Positions 1-12,701 are shown, counted from the first letter of the whole stretch. The stretch is 63,520 nt of DNA, filler included, from Octopus bimaculoides (GCF_001194135.2; 7 parts of 6 records of this genome joined end to end with filler, not necessarily neighbours in it), one strand, 5' to 3'. A program made the numbers and translations. The notes: generated by a model not told the origin, from the letters alone.

Positions 1-47
<47 letters not shown>

Positions 48-77
48 AAGGCAGAGAGATAGGTCTGTGTCTGCATG

Positions 78-121
<44 letters not shown>

Positions 122-1350
122 TAGCTAAAATATAAGACGAAGAGGAAGTGGCAGAAGAATAAATACAAGGAAGAGGGCAGATGAGTAGATGTATAAGGAG
201 AAGAGGTAGGTAAAGAGAGGTTACGAAGATGAAGAAAGGCGAGTCAATTAACGATGTTGAATAATAGTTTGTATTCAATATGTCCCCGGAGTGATGCGGT
301 GACGTTGTATTGTGCAGATTGTTGTCGGCAAATGGACGGAGCTTGGGGGTTCCCTGTGATAGATTGATTGATAGATATATGTAGACGTAGGCGCATAGCA
401 CAACACACACACACACATACACACACACACACACACACACATGCACGCACGCACACACACACAACTGCTTACACATGTACACATTCATGATCACACATAT
501 ACCATAGCTACATATGTTTGTGTAGGTGGGTTTGTGTGTGTGTATGTATGTATGTATGTATGTATGTATATATGTATGTATGTATGTGTGTGTGCATGTA
601 TGTACTCATACGCATAGAGCTGTGTGGTTAAGAAGATCGTTTTTCAAGTACAGAGTTACAGGTTCGATCGGGCTAATGCATTATGAACGGAATTTGATAG
701 AATCTGTGCATATGAATTTCACGTAGATAGATAGATACATACATACATACATACATAGAAAATATAAGTGTATGTATGTATGTATGTATGTANNNNNNNN
801 NNNNNNNNNNNNNNNNNNNNNNNNNNNNNNNNNNNNNNNNNNNNNNNNNNNNNNNNNNNNNNNNNNNNNNNNNNNNNNNNNNNNNNNNNNNNNNNNNNNN
901 NNNNNNNNNNNNNNNNNNNNNNNNNNNNNNNNNNNNNNNNNNNNNNNNNNNNNNNNNNNNNNNNNNNNNNNNNNNNNNNNNNNNNNNNNNNNNNNNNNNN
1001 NNNNNNNNNNNNNNNNNNNNNNNNNNNNNNNNNNNNNNNNNNNNNNNNNNNNNNNNNNNNNNNNNNNNNNNNNNNNNNNNNNNNNNNNNNNNNNNNNNNN
1101 NNNNNNNNNNNNNNNNNNNNNNNNNNNNNNNNNNNNNNNNNNNNNNNNNNNNNNNNNNNNNNNNNNNNNNNNNNNNNNNNNNNNNNNNNNNNNNNNNNNN
1201 NNNNNNNNNNNNNNNNNNNNNNNNNNNNNNNNNNNNNNNNNNNNNNNNNNNNNNNNNNNNNNNNNNNNNNNNNNNNNNNTATGTATGTATGTATGTATGT
1301 ATGTATATATGTATGTATGTATGTGTGTGTGTGTGTGTGTGTGTGGTGTG

Positions 1351-1518
1351 TATTTGTGTGTCTGTGTTTGTCCCCACCACAATCGCTTGACAACCGATGT
1401 TGGTGTGTTTGCGTCCCTGTAACGTAGCGGTTCGCGAAAAGAGACCGATAGAATAAATACTAGGCTTACAAAGAATAATTCCTGGGGTCTAATTGTTCGA
1501 TTGAAGGCGGTATTCCAG
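1351..1518 (+). mobile_element. SINE family A, 3' half
   Basis: TCGCTTGACAACCGATG..GAGACCGATAGAATAA..TACTAGGCTTACAAAGAATAA matches the copy at 8780-9120. Confidence 0.8.
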
Positions 1519-1708
1519 GACTGGAAAGTTTTTCAAATTTTTACAGCTCCACTGATGGCTTGGATCTTTAGTCTACGAATCAGCTTTCTCCTTTCTGGTT
1601 TTGAGAACTCTAATATCTCGAGATTGGTATTTAGGCATTGCTTTACATATTGCAGTTCCCCAGTAATTATATGTATGAACCTGAAATTGTATTCTCGATA
1701 GAATAGCT
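1519..1708 (-). mobile_element. R4/Dong-type LINE, C-terminal restriction-like endonuclease (RLE) remnant
   Basis: YNFRFIHIITGELQYVKQCLNTNLEILEFSKPERRKLIRRLKIQAISGAVKI*KTF resembles the RLE C-terminus pattern (F.PIIVGALG.V...L..NL..LG....L..LQ..A..G..KI.K.F). Confidence 0.55.
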
Positions 1709-1752
1709 GTATGTATGTATGTATGTATGTATGTATGTATGTATGTATGTAT

Positions 1753-2105
1753 GGCATTAAGTGGGAGGACCGCATCAGTGATCTTGAAATATTGGAAAGC
1801 TCTCGGTGTGAAAGTATAGAAGCTCTTGTGTTAAAGCAAAGGCTCAGATGGAGTGGTCATCTGGTCAGGATGAAGGATTCAAGGAAGCCAAAACAACTCT
1901 TTTAAGGGAAGTTAGCTAAAGGAGAACAACCTCCACATAATCGAAAACAGTAGTATAAAGACATGCTGAAGGCTTCCTTAAGAGATGCTAGTATCTCTCC
2001 TGACACATGGGAGGGCATAGCTACTGACCGTAGCAGGTGGAGAAGGATTGTGTACGAGGGGACAGCTACTTTTGAGAAATCTCGAGTTGCGCATGAGAAA
2101 GTAAG
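1753..2105 (+). mobile_element. RTE-clade LINE ORF 3' fragment, with stops
   Basis: GIKWEDRISDLEILE..LRWSGHLVRMKDSRKPKQLF*GKL..YKDMLKASL..DTWEGIATDRSRWRRIV is the typical RTE post-RT region. Confidence 0.9.
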
Positions 2106-3011
2106 GCCTTTCACGATACCCTTAAAACCGGGAACTTTTCAGCACCCCACCTTATATAGGATGTATTGACATTTATGTATGGTCTCATCGTCATAAATAG
2201 TGACCTCGGCGTTACAGAGGTGATTGAGAAGGTATAAGCCTTTGTTTCTACAAAGGTAATTTATCCCCGTTGGTTTTGAGGGCTATTTTATAATCATTTG
2301 TTCATGCTTGATGTACAACTATATATTAATTTCAAATGTTTTTTATTAGACAATTTTCTATATTGGTGGTTGATTGGAAAATGTTCGTTAATTAAATTTA
2401 AAAGTCTTTAGTTAATGTTTGGATTTGACATTTAATGAGAAAAGCAGTAGAAACAAATGATTTTCCAGTAACTTTTCTCTAAGAACGTAGAAGGGAATTT
2501 GAGATGTAATGGATATTTTCTTTATACCAGCTTGCTGCTAGTGCTGTATTACAAGAAATACAAAAATATTATATAATGACAGTTGAGGCATTTTTCTGCT
2601 AACATTTTCGATAAGCTTTTAAAAAACACAAGATGGGTACTTCGAATACTTGTAGTTTATATGAGCCTTTCGTTTAATTTTCTGTGTAGCATACGATTAT
2701 CTTTGTTTAAGCTCAATGTAGCGTCTAATGGTTTAACTATGCTCAGACAAATATATATATTTACACACATGCATTGCACGCATACAAATATATTTATATA
2801 CATATATATATATAAAACATCATAAGTGACAGAGAAATTGTTTGATGGAATTTTATTAAACTATAAGAAAATTTGAACATCGCAACAAATTGTTTCGTAA
2901 CTTAAAAACATGTAAATAATTTATATTTTTGTATTTAATAACAAATGAATTACTTATATGTTTGCATTAATGGAAAATACAAACAATCTTTCAAAATAAT
3001 GCAGAATTTAA

Positions 3012-3052
<41 letters not shown>

Positions 3053-3067
3053 AGAAAGAGTTTCCTT

Positions 3068-3304
3068 CTTTAGCCATGCCAAGCTCTTAAGGGCCAATTT
3101 TCCGCTTTCAGTGGGTATATATTCCCCACCTGGACGGGGCGCCAACCTGTCGCAAAATTACTCATTTTAGCCAGCTGAGTGGACTGAGCAACGTGAAATG
3201 AAGTGTTTTGCTCAAGAACACAACGCGTTGCCTTGTCCAGGATTCGAAACCACAATCTTACGATCATGAGCTCAACACTCCTAACCATTAAACCACACGC
3301 CTCC
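3068..3304 (-). mobile_element. tRNA-headed SINE, V-SINE-like body (family D)
   Basis: Minus strand reads GGAGGCGTGTGGTTTAATGGTTAG (A box)..GGTTTCGAATCC (B box)..GTGTTCTTGAGCAAAACACTT..CAGTCCACTCAGCTG..GGCGCCCCGTCCAGG. The superfamily label is tentative. Confidence 0.7.
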
Positions 3305-4044
3305 ACACACACACACACACACACACACACATCTGCACACGTATGCAGACACGCACATACATACGTAAACACGTGTTAGAAGCAGCCCTGGAAATAAGTA
3401 AATAGAATAGTAACTCTTAATTACGCGCTAAGAATCCCTATACCTGGCAAACCGTACAACAATGAATATAAACGTGTATAGTTTAAAATATCGTTGCTTC
3501 AAGTTGTCGTATCAGGATTATGTATATGTTTGTGTACAACCACTGAAAACATTCGCTACAGGGTTGAACAATAGCAATACCAAATTAAAAAGATATTTCG
3601 TTCGAAGTAAAATTAAGTTGAACTGCAGGAGGGGTAATTAGGATAAATAAGAGAAAAAAACAAAAAGAAACACCCCCAGACCAAACAAATAAGCATGAGT
3701 TAGAATTTTGTCTAGAGGAGATCTTTCTGTTAATGTCTGTGTGAAATTGAGAGGGGATAGTTATAGGATATTGGTTTGGAAAACGAATAATAAATTATGT
3801 CTACTGGAGATTATGCAATTACAAGTGCAGCCTAAGCGGTTAGATTTAATAGAATTTAGACTATTGGCATCTCATTAAAAGCAGTCTTTGAACATATTAA
3901 GACACATTAAGATGTACGTACTGATATAACACGCAACTTGTAAAATCGTCAGAAAACATTATTGATTACAAAATGCGAATGGAATTAGAGGTGATCTGAA
4001 TTCAATAAAGGCTTCAATCTTTGACGTAATGCGAAGGCGGCGAA

Positions 4045-4255
4045 GTGACAGAATCGTTAACACACCGGACAAACTGCTTAGCGGCATTTTGACAGGGGTC
4101 GAAGTTATCGTTCTGGGTTCAAATTCCGCTGAGGCGGTCTTTGCTTTTCGTCCTTTTGATGGGGTCAATAAATTGACAACCAATTGGACACTGGGATCGA
4201 TGATATCGACTTCCTCACCCCTAAATATTTTTGGCCCTGTTCTAAAATTTGAATC
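4045..4255 (+). mobile_element. SINE family B, diverged
   Basis: GGCGGCGAAG..GGGTTCAAATTCCGCTGAGGCGGTCTTTGCTTTTCGTCCTTTTGATGGGGTCAATAAA, homologous to 13371-13556. Confidence 0.75.
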
Positions 4256-4319
4256 CAATATATTAGATATTGTTTATTCGTTTATTAACAAAAATATAGT
4301 ATGATGTTACAAGACGGTA

Positions 4320-4482
4320 CCCCTTTTTTTTACCTTTTGTTTCTACTCTTGGCACAAGGCCCAAAATTTTTTGGGGAGGGGGACAGTCGATTAAATTGTC
4401 CCTAGTACGCAACTGGTATTTAATTTATCGACCCCGAAAGGCAAAGTAGCCCTCGGCGGAATTTGTACTCAGAACGTAAAGA
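4320..4482 (-). mobile_element. SINE family B, 3' part
   Basis: CTACTCTTGGCACAAGGCCCAAAATTTT..GTACGCAACTGGTATTTAATTTATCGACCCCGAAAGGCAAAGT. Confidence 0.8.
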
Positions 4483-5798
4483 CATACGCCATAGAAACCG
4501 CGAAACCGGTCCCATGAGCCTGGCTAGGCTTTAAAAGGGTGCATAAATAATAAAGTCTAATATATTCTTTTGTAGTCTTATACCCTGTTATAAATATTTA
4601 TTTTGCAACAAGATGTTTACTGCGGAGAGACTTTTTGAACACCTAACAAGAGAAAGTATATATATATATATNNNNNNNNNNNNNNNNNNNNNNNNNNNNN
4701 NNNNNNNNNNNNNNNNNNNNNNNNNNNNNNNNNNNNNNNNNNNNNNNNNNNNNNNNNNNNNNNNNNNNNNNNNNNNNNNNNNNNNNNNNNNNNNNNNNNN
4801 NNNNNNNNNNNNNNNNNNNNNNNNNNNNNNNNNNNNNNNNNNNNNNNNNNNNNNNNNNNNNNNNNNNNNNNNNNNNNNNNNNNNNNNNNNNNNNNNNNNN
4901 NNNNNNNNNNNNNNNNNNNNNNNNNNNNNNNNNNNNNNNNNNNNNNNNNNNNNNNNNNNNNNNNNNNNNNNNNNNNNNNNNNNNNNNNNNNNNNNNNNNN
5001 NNNNNNNNNNNNNNNNNNNNNNNNNNNNNNNNNNNNNNNNNNNNNNNNNNNNNNNNNNNNNNNNNNNNNNNNNNNNNNNNNNNNNNNNNNNNNNNNNNNN
5101 NNNNNNNNNNNNNNNNNNNNNNNNNNNNNNNNNNNNNNNNNNNNNNNNNNNNNNNNNNNNNNNNNNNNNNNNNNNNNNNNNNNNNNNNNNNNNNNNNNNN
5201 NNNNNNNNNNNNNNNNNNNNNNNNNNNNNNNNNNNNNTATATATATATATATATATTTATATATACCAATGTTTTCGAACCTGGTCGGTTTCATGTGAGT
5301 CAACAATATCTTGAGGAAGAGAGAGAGGGGGGGGTAGAGAGAAAGAGAAAGAGTGAGAGAGAAGGAGAGACTGTGTGTGTGTGTGAGAGAGAGAGTAGGG
5401 CGAGATAATTAAATATATATTTCTTGAGAAATAATGTTGAGTTAAACGATGAGTAATTTAAGAATATAAGACACGCGCGCACGCACGCACGCACTCTCCC
5501 GCTCTCCCTTTCTCTCTCTGACATACACACACAGAGATTGCACATAAACACACACTGATGCACATTAACGCACACAGAGGCACACAGACATACGCTCTCT
5601 AGTATTTGTGAGGCACCAGTTGATGATTCACTCCCCGCCACACGTGCACTGGTTCAGGCGACACTGGGTGAATGAAGTAGCGTATTGGTTAAGCACTCTC
5701 TCTCTCTCTCTCACACACATACACACACACACACACACACAAGCACACACGCCAACGCACACACATACACAGAAATGTATTAACATAAACGTACATAT

Positions 5799-5830
<32 letters not shown>

Positions 5831-6507
5831 NNNNNNNNNNNNNNNNNNNNNNNNNNNNNNNNNNNNNNNNNNNNNNNNNNNNNNNNNNNNNNNNNNNNNN
5901 NNNNNNNNNNNNNNNNNNNNNNNNNNNNNNNNNNNNNNNNNNNNNNNNNNNNNNNNNNNNNNNNNNNNNNNNNNNNNNNNNNNNNNNNNNNNNNNNNNNN
6001 NNNNNNNNNNNNNNNNNNNNNNNNNNNNNNNNNNNNNNNNNNNNNNNNNNNNNNNNNNNNNNNNNNNNNNNNNNNNNNNNNNNNNNNNNNNNNNNNNNNN
6101 NNNNNNNNNNNNNNNNNNNNNNNNNNNNNNNNNNNNNNNNNNNNNNNNNNNNNNNNNNNNNNNNNNNNNNNNNNNNNNNNNNNNNNNNNNNNNNNNNNNN
6201 NNNNNNNNNNNNNNNNNNNNNNNNNNNNNNNNNNNNNNNNNNNNNNNNNNNNNNNNNNNNNNNNNNNNNNNNNNNNNNNNNNNNNNNNNNNNNNNNNNNN
6301 NNNNNNNNNNNNNNNNNNNNNNNNNNNNNNNNNNNNNNNNNNNNNNNNNNNNNNNNNNNNNNNNNNNNNNNNNNNNNNNNNNNNNNNNNNNNNNNNNNNN
6401 NNNNNNNNNNNNNNNNNNNNNNNNNNNNNNNNNNNNNNNNNNNNNNNNNNNNNNNNNNNNNNNNNNNNNNNNNNNNNNNNNNNNNNNNNNNNNNNNNNNN
6501 NNNNNNN

Positions 6508-6546
<39 letters not shown>

Positions 6547-6867
6547 ATATATATATACTTACATTAAAACATAAATGAACCCTACCATACACGCATATGC
6601 GTGTATCTGTACGTATATGTACATGCTTACGTACACATACAAACACACACACTTACACACAAACACACACACACACACACTCACTCACATAGAAACATAA
6701 ACGCACATATACACACAGAGCGTTTGAAAGCACGTGTACTCTGTTAAAACAACAGATGCAGAAACAATAGCCACATCAAATAATAACAAAGACCGAATGC
6801 AGTCCCCGCACCTATTTCTTCCCAGCATCACCACCACCACCACCACCACCGCTTCTGCCGCCTATAT

Positions 6868-6912
<45 letters not shown>

Positions 6913-6989
6913 AGATACATACATATATATACATATATACATATAGATGCATACTACTGCACGTATATATAAACACACACACACACACG

Positions 6990-7035
<46 letters not shown>

Positions 7036-7107
7036 GGTATATATTTATGTGTGTTTGTGTGTTTGTGTCTGTGTTTATCCCACCCACCGTCGCTTGACAA
7101 CCGATAT

Positions 7108-7137
<30 letters not shown>

Positions 7138-7138
<1 letters not shown>

Positions 7139-7296
7139 CGATGGGCTTCTTTCAGTTTCCGTCTACCAAATCCACTCACAAGTCTTTTGTCGGCCCGAGG
7201 CTATAGTAGAAGACACTTGCCCAAGGTGCCACGCAGTGGGACTGAACCCGGAATCACGTGGCTGGGAAGGAAGCTTCTTACCACACAGCCACGCCT
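7138..7296 (-). mobile_element. SINE family A, 5' head
   Basis: Reverse complement of GGCGTGGCTGTGTGGTAAGAAGCTT..GGTTCAGTCCCACTGCGTGGCACCTTGGGCAAGTGTC..GGAAACTGAAAGAAGCCC. Confidence 0.85.
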
Positions 7297-7454
7297 ATAT
7301 TACGTTTAAAACTTCTTTGACTTTAGGTGTGTACAATCGGAAAAGAAAATTTACGGACATTTCTCTGTAACATAGATAACATAGACCAGCATGAAGTTCA
7401 ATTTTTTTTCCTTAAAAAATTGACTATTGTTACCAATATTGATTTCAAACTTTG

Positions 7455-7555
7455 CTACAAGTCCAATAATTTTCGGGGGTCGGGTTAAGTCGATTACAAC
7501 GACCTCAGTATTATTTATATCTACCCCGGAAGGCAAAGTCAACCTCGGCGGACTT
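7455..7555 (-). mobile_element. SINE family B fragment
   Basis: GTCGATTACAACGACCTCAGT..CCCCGGAAGGCAAAGTCAACCTCGGCGGA. Confidence 0.65.
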
Positions 7556-8157
7556 TACGACTGATACTAATATTGATTTAACTTTTATGAATCAGTCCTA
7601 CTTTTAAATTTGTTGAGCTCGTAACTGATTTTCATCTATTTGTATAAACAACAACTAGAGCGAGTACCTAATGCTCATTTGTCATATCTTATCTCAGCAC
7701 AAACTTTTTTACCATTGCCGAATGGTTATTCGAGTTCCCGTAGCTGTAGAGACTTTACTTTACCTGCGTTCCTTGGCACTTTTTCACGATTCTTTGACTC
7801 CAGTGAACAACATTCTCTCCTGTGTTAGCAGGAATTCTAATTCCTTTATTGAGATGGAGGCTGGTTTAACGTAAACGACAAGTCTGAACAGGGAGGTGCT
7901 TTCATATAGAACTTGGTAAAGATGATGGAATGTTGTTTTGACAAGATCTAAATTTGATATATTTGAACAAATTGTAATCAAGGGAAACGAACTTGTATAT
8001 TAACTGGTGCATATATCAACATCCTACCAATTGCAACGATAGTATTCTGTTTTTATAGCTTTTAGTTAGGCAGGAAAGCAGAGATCATGACCCATTACAT
8101 GACCTCCTGTACTGAGAGATAGAAGAAGGTATCCACTAACTATAGGCCTGTCCCGAA

Positions 8158-8398
8158 TACTAGCGTACCTAGAGGTGGGGTTGCAGAGAGGACGGCAGTG
8201 GGCGTGGCACCATTTTTGGGTCTTCTGTAGGCTATATGTCCTTAAAGGCTGTATTGAAATCAAATAATAGTGGTTTTAATATCGGGACTCAGACACCACA
8301 ATCGATATGGTTATTGTGCAATATGTACCTTTTGTGGGGGCCGGGTGCGGAAAACTGAAGGGCTGCCCTAGACAACACACACTCTAGCTACACCACCG
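8158..8398. mobile_element. Degenerate MITE with CAGTGGCGTAGCTAG-type termini
   Basis: Left TAGCGTACCTAGAG and right CTCTAGCTACACCAC (reverse complement GTGGTGTAGCTAGAG) form imperfect TIRs with G-rich subterminal sequence. TSD not resolved. Confidence 0.45.
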
Positions 8399-8454
8399 GT
8401 CTCGAACGCTTGCAAACGTGTGCACTCGTTATAGATGCATAAGGTGCCAGGTAT

Positions 8455-8655
8455 ATGCGTTAAATCGGGAAAGGAGTCCAAGTCCACAACTCAGGGAGGC
8501 TATGGTGGAATTTGAAATCCGAACGCAAAGAGCCGGAACAAATACCGCGAGACATCCAATCCGACGTCTTTACAGTACCGCCAATTCACCACCGCGGACT
8601 GGTACTTATTTTTATCTGTTCAAAAGGATGAAAGGTTAAAGTTGATCTCGGCAGG
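8455..8655 (-). mobile_element. SINE family B-related fragments
   Basis: GAATTTGAAATCCGAACGCAAAGAGCCGGAACAAATACCG and ACTGGTACTTATTTTTATC..AAAGGATGAAAGG..GTTGATCTCGGCAGGATT. Confidence 0.6.
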
Positions 8656-8779
8656 ATTAAGTGGAGATCAATTGTGAATAGCGATGGCATTGAAAGCGGG
8701 CGATGATATTTGTGATGCATGCAAAAATAGTCGAGGTAAATCCATGGATTGTTTGAGATTATATAGACTTTCCTGCCTA

Positions 8780-9120
8780 GTGGCTGTGTGGTAAGTAGCT
8801 TGCTTACCAACCACATGGTTCCGGGTTCAGTCCCACTGCGTAGCACCTTGGGCAAATGCCTTCTACTATAGCCTCGGGCCGGCCAAAGCCTTGTGAGTGG
8901 ATATGGTAGACGGAAACTGAAAGAAGCCCGTCGTATCTATGTATNNNNNNNNNNCTGGTGTGTTTACGTCCCCGTAATTTAGCGGGTCGGCAAAAAGAGA
9001 CCGATAGAATAAGTACTAGGCTTACAAAGAATAAGTCCTGGGGTCGATTTGCTCGACTAAAGGCGGTGCTTCAGCATGGCCGCAGTCAAATGACTGAAAC
9101 AATTAAAAGAGTAAAAGAGT
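8780..9120 (+). mobile_element. SINE family A, near full length (tRNA-like head, internal TA tract, GAGTAAAA tail)
   Basis: A box-like TGGCTGTGTGG, B box-like GGTTCAGTCCC, body repeated more than 10 times in the window, tandem AAAAGAGT tail. Confidence 0.9.
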
Positions 9121-9869
9121 ATTAAAAATGACGGTAGGCATCCGAGACCCTCTGACATCAACACGATAATGTAAGAGGCATTTGCCTGAATTAATATACC
9201 ATTTGTACTGGAAACAGTAAGCTTTTCCTGGTACTGATGGTGATATGGCTTTGTGAACTTGGAGAAGAGAGCACTGTCTACCTTTGAATACGTTTCGAAA
9301 ATCCTGTCCTTAATCGCGCTGTTCTTGCAGGCTAGCTCTTCAACTTTATCGGCAGAACAAATGCCAACTATGTTTTTGAAACCACTGGTGTTTGTCACCC
9401 TTCACCTAACCGCTTATGTATGACTGGTCTGAAATTTATTGAAACAATTGACGAATGCTAAGAGTGCACATAACTCCACCAAAGAATCTTACCATCCATT
9501 GTACGGGGCAATAATACTGCCAATGACTTCTCTTTAAAACTCCACTAATTTATGTTGAAATGAATTAAATATTTTCTGTTACTTTGTACATTTATTTTAT
9601 ACAAATTACCGATATGAAATAACAAACGGTGGGTGATTCAATGTGAAGGCCATACTGGCCTACTTTTAATTGAGATTAAAGAGAAAAGGAGAAAATTACT
9701 GTTGCTAAAAACAATCGCATTCTCTTCTTCTTCTTCTTCTTCTTCTTCTTCTTCTTCTTCTTCTTCTTCTTCTTCTTCTTCTTCTTCTTCTTCTTCTTCT
9801 TCCACCTCCTCCTCCTCCCCTCCCCCTCTGACGCCAGTAATTAATCCGAGGAAAGCTTATACAAGCTAA

Positions 9870-10060
9870 AGAATGGTTTCAAATTTTGGCTCAAGGCCAG
9901 CAATTTTGACCGGGGTTCTAAGTCAATTACTTCGACTTCACTGTTCAACTTGTACTTATTTTATCGACCTCCGAAAGGATGAAGCATAAAGTCGACCTCG
10001 GCAGAGTTTGAACTCAGACAGTAAAGAGCCGGAATAAATGTCACTAAGAATTTTATCCGA
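9870..10060 (-). mobile_element. SINE family B
   Basis: ACTTATTTTATCGACCTCCGAAAGGATGAAGCATAAAGTCGACCTCGGCAGAGTTTGAACTCAGA. Confidence 0.8.
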
Positions 10061-10566
10061 GTATAAGAGTAATTAAAGAACATTTATTAATGGTGTGACT
10101 CGATTCTGAGGCTACAGTCTAATATATTATAAAATTGTTATTGACAGGGACTTTTGGGTTTTGATAAGCGCAAGGCGAAACTTAGAGTGTGAATCAACAT
10201 GAATTTTATGATATACATACATGCATGCATACATACGTACATACATACATACATACATACATACATACATACATACATAAAGAATACTGGAGGAATACCC
10301 CAATAAAAATAGTAATCCAACGTAAGCAAAACAGATCTGATAATTTTCAGTGGGACAGAGAAAAGAAGTCTTACACTGTTGTGGAGATCAGCTGACTCAG
10401 CGAATGTGAATGTATTATCAAATGTCCAGGAAAAAGGAAAACCTTTATGGCAAATTAATGCGTAGCATACAGCTCTTGTCTCCAGATTATAAATTTTTAT
10501 TCGTATTTATCGTCATAGTTGTATCAGGCTATGTACCTACAAATTTAAACAAAGCCTTAGAGATAC

Positions 10567-10903
10567 TCTCTTTATTCTTTTACTCTTTTACTTGTTTCAG
10601 TCATTTCACTGCGGCCATGCTGGAGCACCGCCTTTAGTCGAACAAATCGACCCCAGGAGTTATTCTTTGTAAGCCTAGTACTTATTCTATCGGTCTCTTT
10701 TTGCCGAACCGCTACGTTACGGGGACATAAACACACCAGCATCGGTTGTCAAGCGATGGTGGGGGGACAAACACAGACACACAAACACACATGCATATAT
10801 ATATATATGTACATATATACGACGGGCTTCTTTCAGTTTCCGTCTACCAAATCCACTCACAAGGCTTTGGTCGGCCCGAGGCTAGAGTAGAAGACACTTG
10901 CCC
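10567..10903 (-). mobile_element. SINE family A, near full length, head cut by an assembly gap
   Basis: Reverse complement of 8780-9120 over most of its length. Confidence 0.9.
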
Positions 10904-11030
10904 NNNNNNNNNNNNNNNNNNNNNNNNNNNNNNNNNNNNNNNNNNNNTTAATTAATTAANNNNNNNNNNNNNNNNNNNNNNNNNNNNNNNNNNNNNNNNN
11001 NNNTATATATATATATATATATTTATATAT

Positions 11031-11151
11031 AACGGCTTCTTTCAGTTTCCGTCTACCAGGTACGCTCACAGTAAAAGACATTTGCTCGAGGTGCCATAGA
11101 ATGGGACTGAACCATGTGATTGGGAAGCAAACCTCTCACCACACAGGCAGC
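11031..11151 (-). mobile_element. SINE family A head, internally deleted
   Basis: GGCTTCTTTCAGTTTCCGTCTACC..GGGACTGAACCATGTGATTGGGAAGCAA. Confidence 0.7.
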
Positions 11152-11550
11152 TATTTAAGTAAGATTTATATATTTTTTTTTAATTTATAGGTTCTCCCCC
11201 ACCCCACCTCATCCCAAGTGATTCGGATAAATGAGTAATCCGGAAAGGTTACGGGGCAAAAGGCTCCGGAATATCAATGCAGTATCTGTATAGACAATTT
11301 TGTAAGAAAGGGAGATACAATTAACAGATGTTGTTAAAAGGGTTTGTAGCACAAGCAAATTCAAAGACCCAGTATTCGGAGTATAATTCAGCAATCTCTA
11401 TATTCTGGAATTTATAGATTCTGGATAAAAATAAATAAATAAACAGTATATATCTCGTGATTTGAACTCAGAACAAAAAATGAAAGCATCTAATCAGGAG
11501 AGGATATAAAAGAGAGAAGAAGAGAGAAGTGTGTAGAAGATGAAGTGTGT

Positions 11551-11625
<75 letters not shown>

Positions 11626-11929
11626 GGATAGATAGATAGATGGATAGATAGATAGATAGATAGATAGATAGAGAAAAAAGAGAACGCGAGAGTGATAATG
11701 TTCTCTATATGTAATAGGGGCTTATACATAGAGAGAAGAGATGAGGAATATGGGAGAGAAGGGGACGGATGGCGCTAAAAAGGTGGAGGCAGACAAGCTG
11801 TCAGCAGATCTCAGTTCAATATACACCTGTGCATGCAGACTTTGATAATCTGGATTAAGGATCCACCCTACCAGCATCGGCAATGTTAGTCACGCGCCGT
11901 ATACGGATATCATCTTGTCCACGTCGTCG

Positions 11930-11972
<43 letters not shown>

Positions 11973-12022
11973 TATCATCATCATCATTATCAACAACAAC
12001 ACCATTAGGTTGTACCTATAAT

Positions 12023-12063
<41 letters not shown>

Positions 12064-12396
12064 TCATATATGTACATATATATGCATACATGTACATATA
12101 GATAAATAAATATACATATATACNNNNNNNNNNNNNNNNNNNNNNNNNNNNNNNNNNNNNNNNNNNNNNNNNNNNNNNNNNNNNNNNNNNNNNNNNNNNN
12201 NNNNNNNNNNNNNNNNNNNNNNNNNNNNNNNNNNNNNNNNNNNNNNNNNNNNNNNNNNNNNNNNNNNNNNNNNNNNNNNNNNNNNNNNNNNNNNNNNNNN
12301 NNNNNNNNNNNNNNNNNNNNNNNNNNNNNNNNNNNNNNNNNNNNNNNNNNNNNNNNNNNNNNNNNNNNNNNNNNNNNNNNNNNNNNNNNNNNNNNN

Positions 12397-12433
<37 letters not shown>

Positions 12434-12483
12434 CATATACAGATATATATAAACATATGTATATGTCTAACCTTTCTCTCTCC

Positions 12484-12514
<31 letters not shown>

Positions 12515-12663
12515 TACGCTTTCGCACGCACACACACATACACACACACACACACACATACATACATACATACACACACCAACAAAGATACACAGCCACA
12601 TTCATGCACATACCCTATCCATCGTCACACGCGCATACACATACAAATACTCACGCATACTCG

Positions 12664-12701
<38 letters not shown>

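Noticed and set aside
9370-9395. Minus-strand QWFQK resembling homeodomain WFQN
   Set aside because: It continues KHSW rather than NRRMKW, and helices 1-2 are absent.
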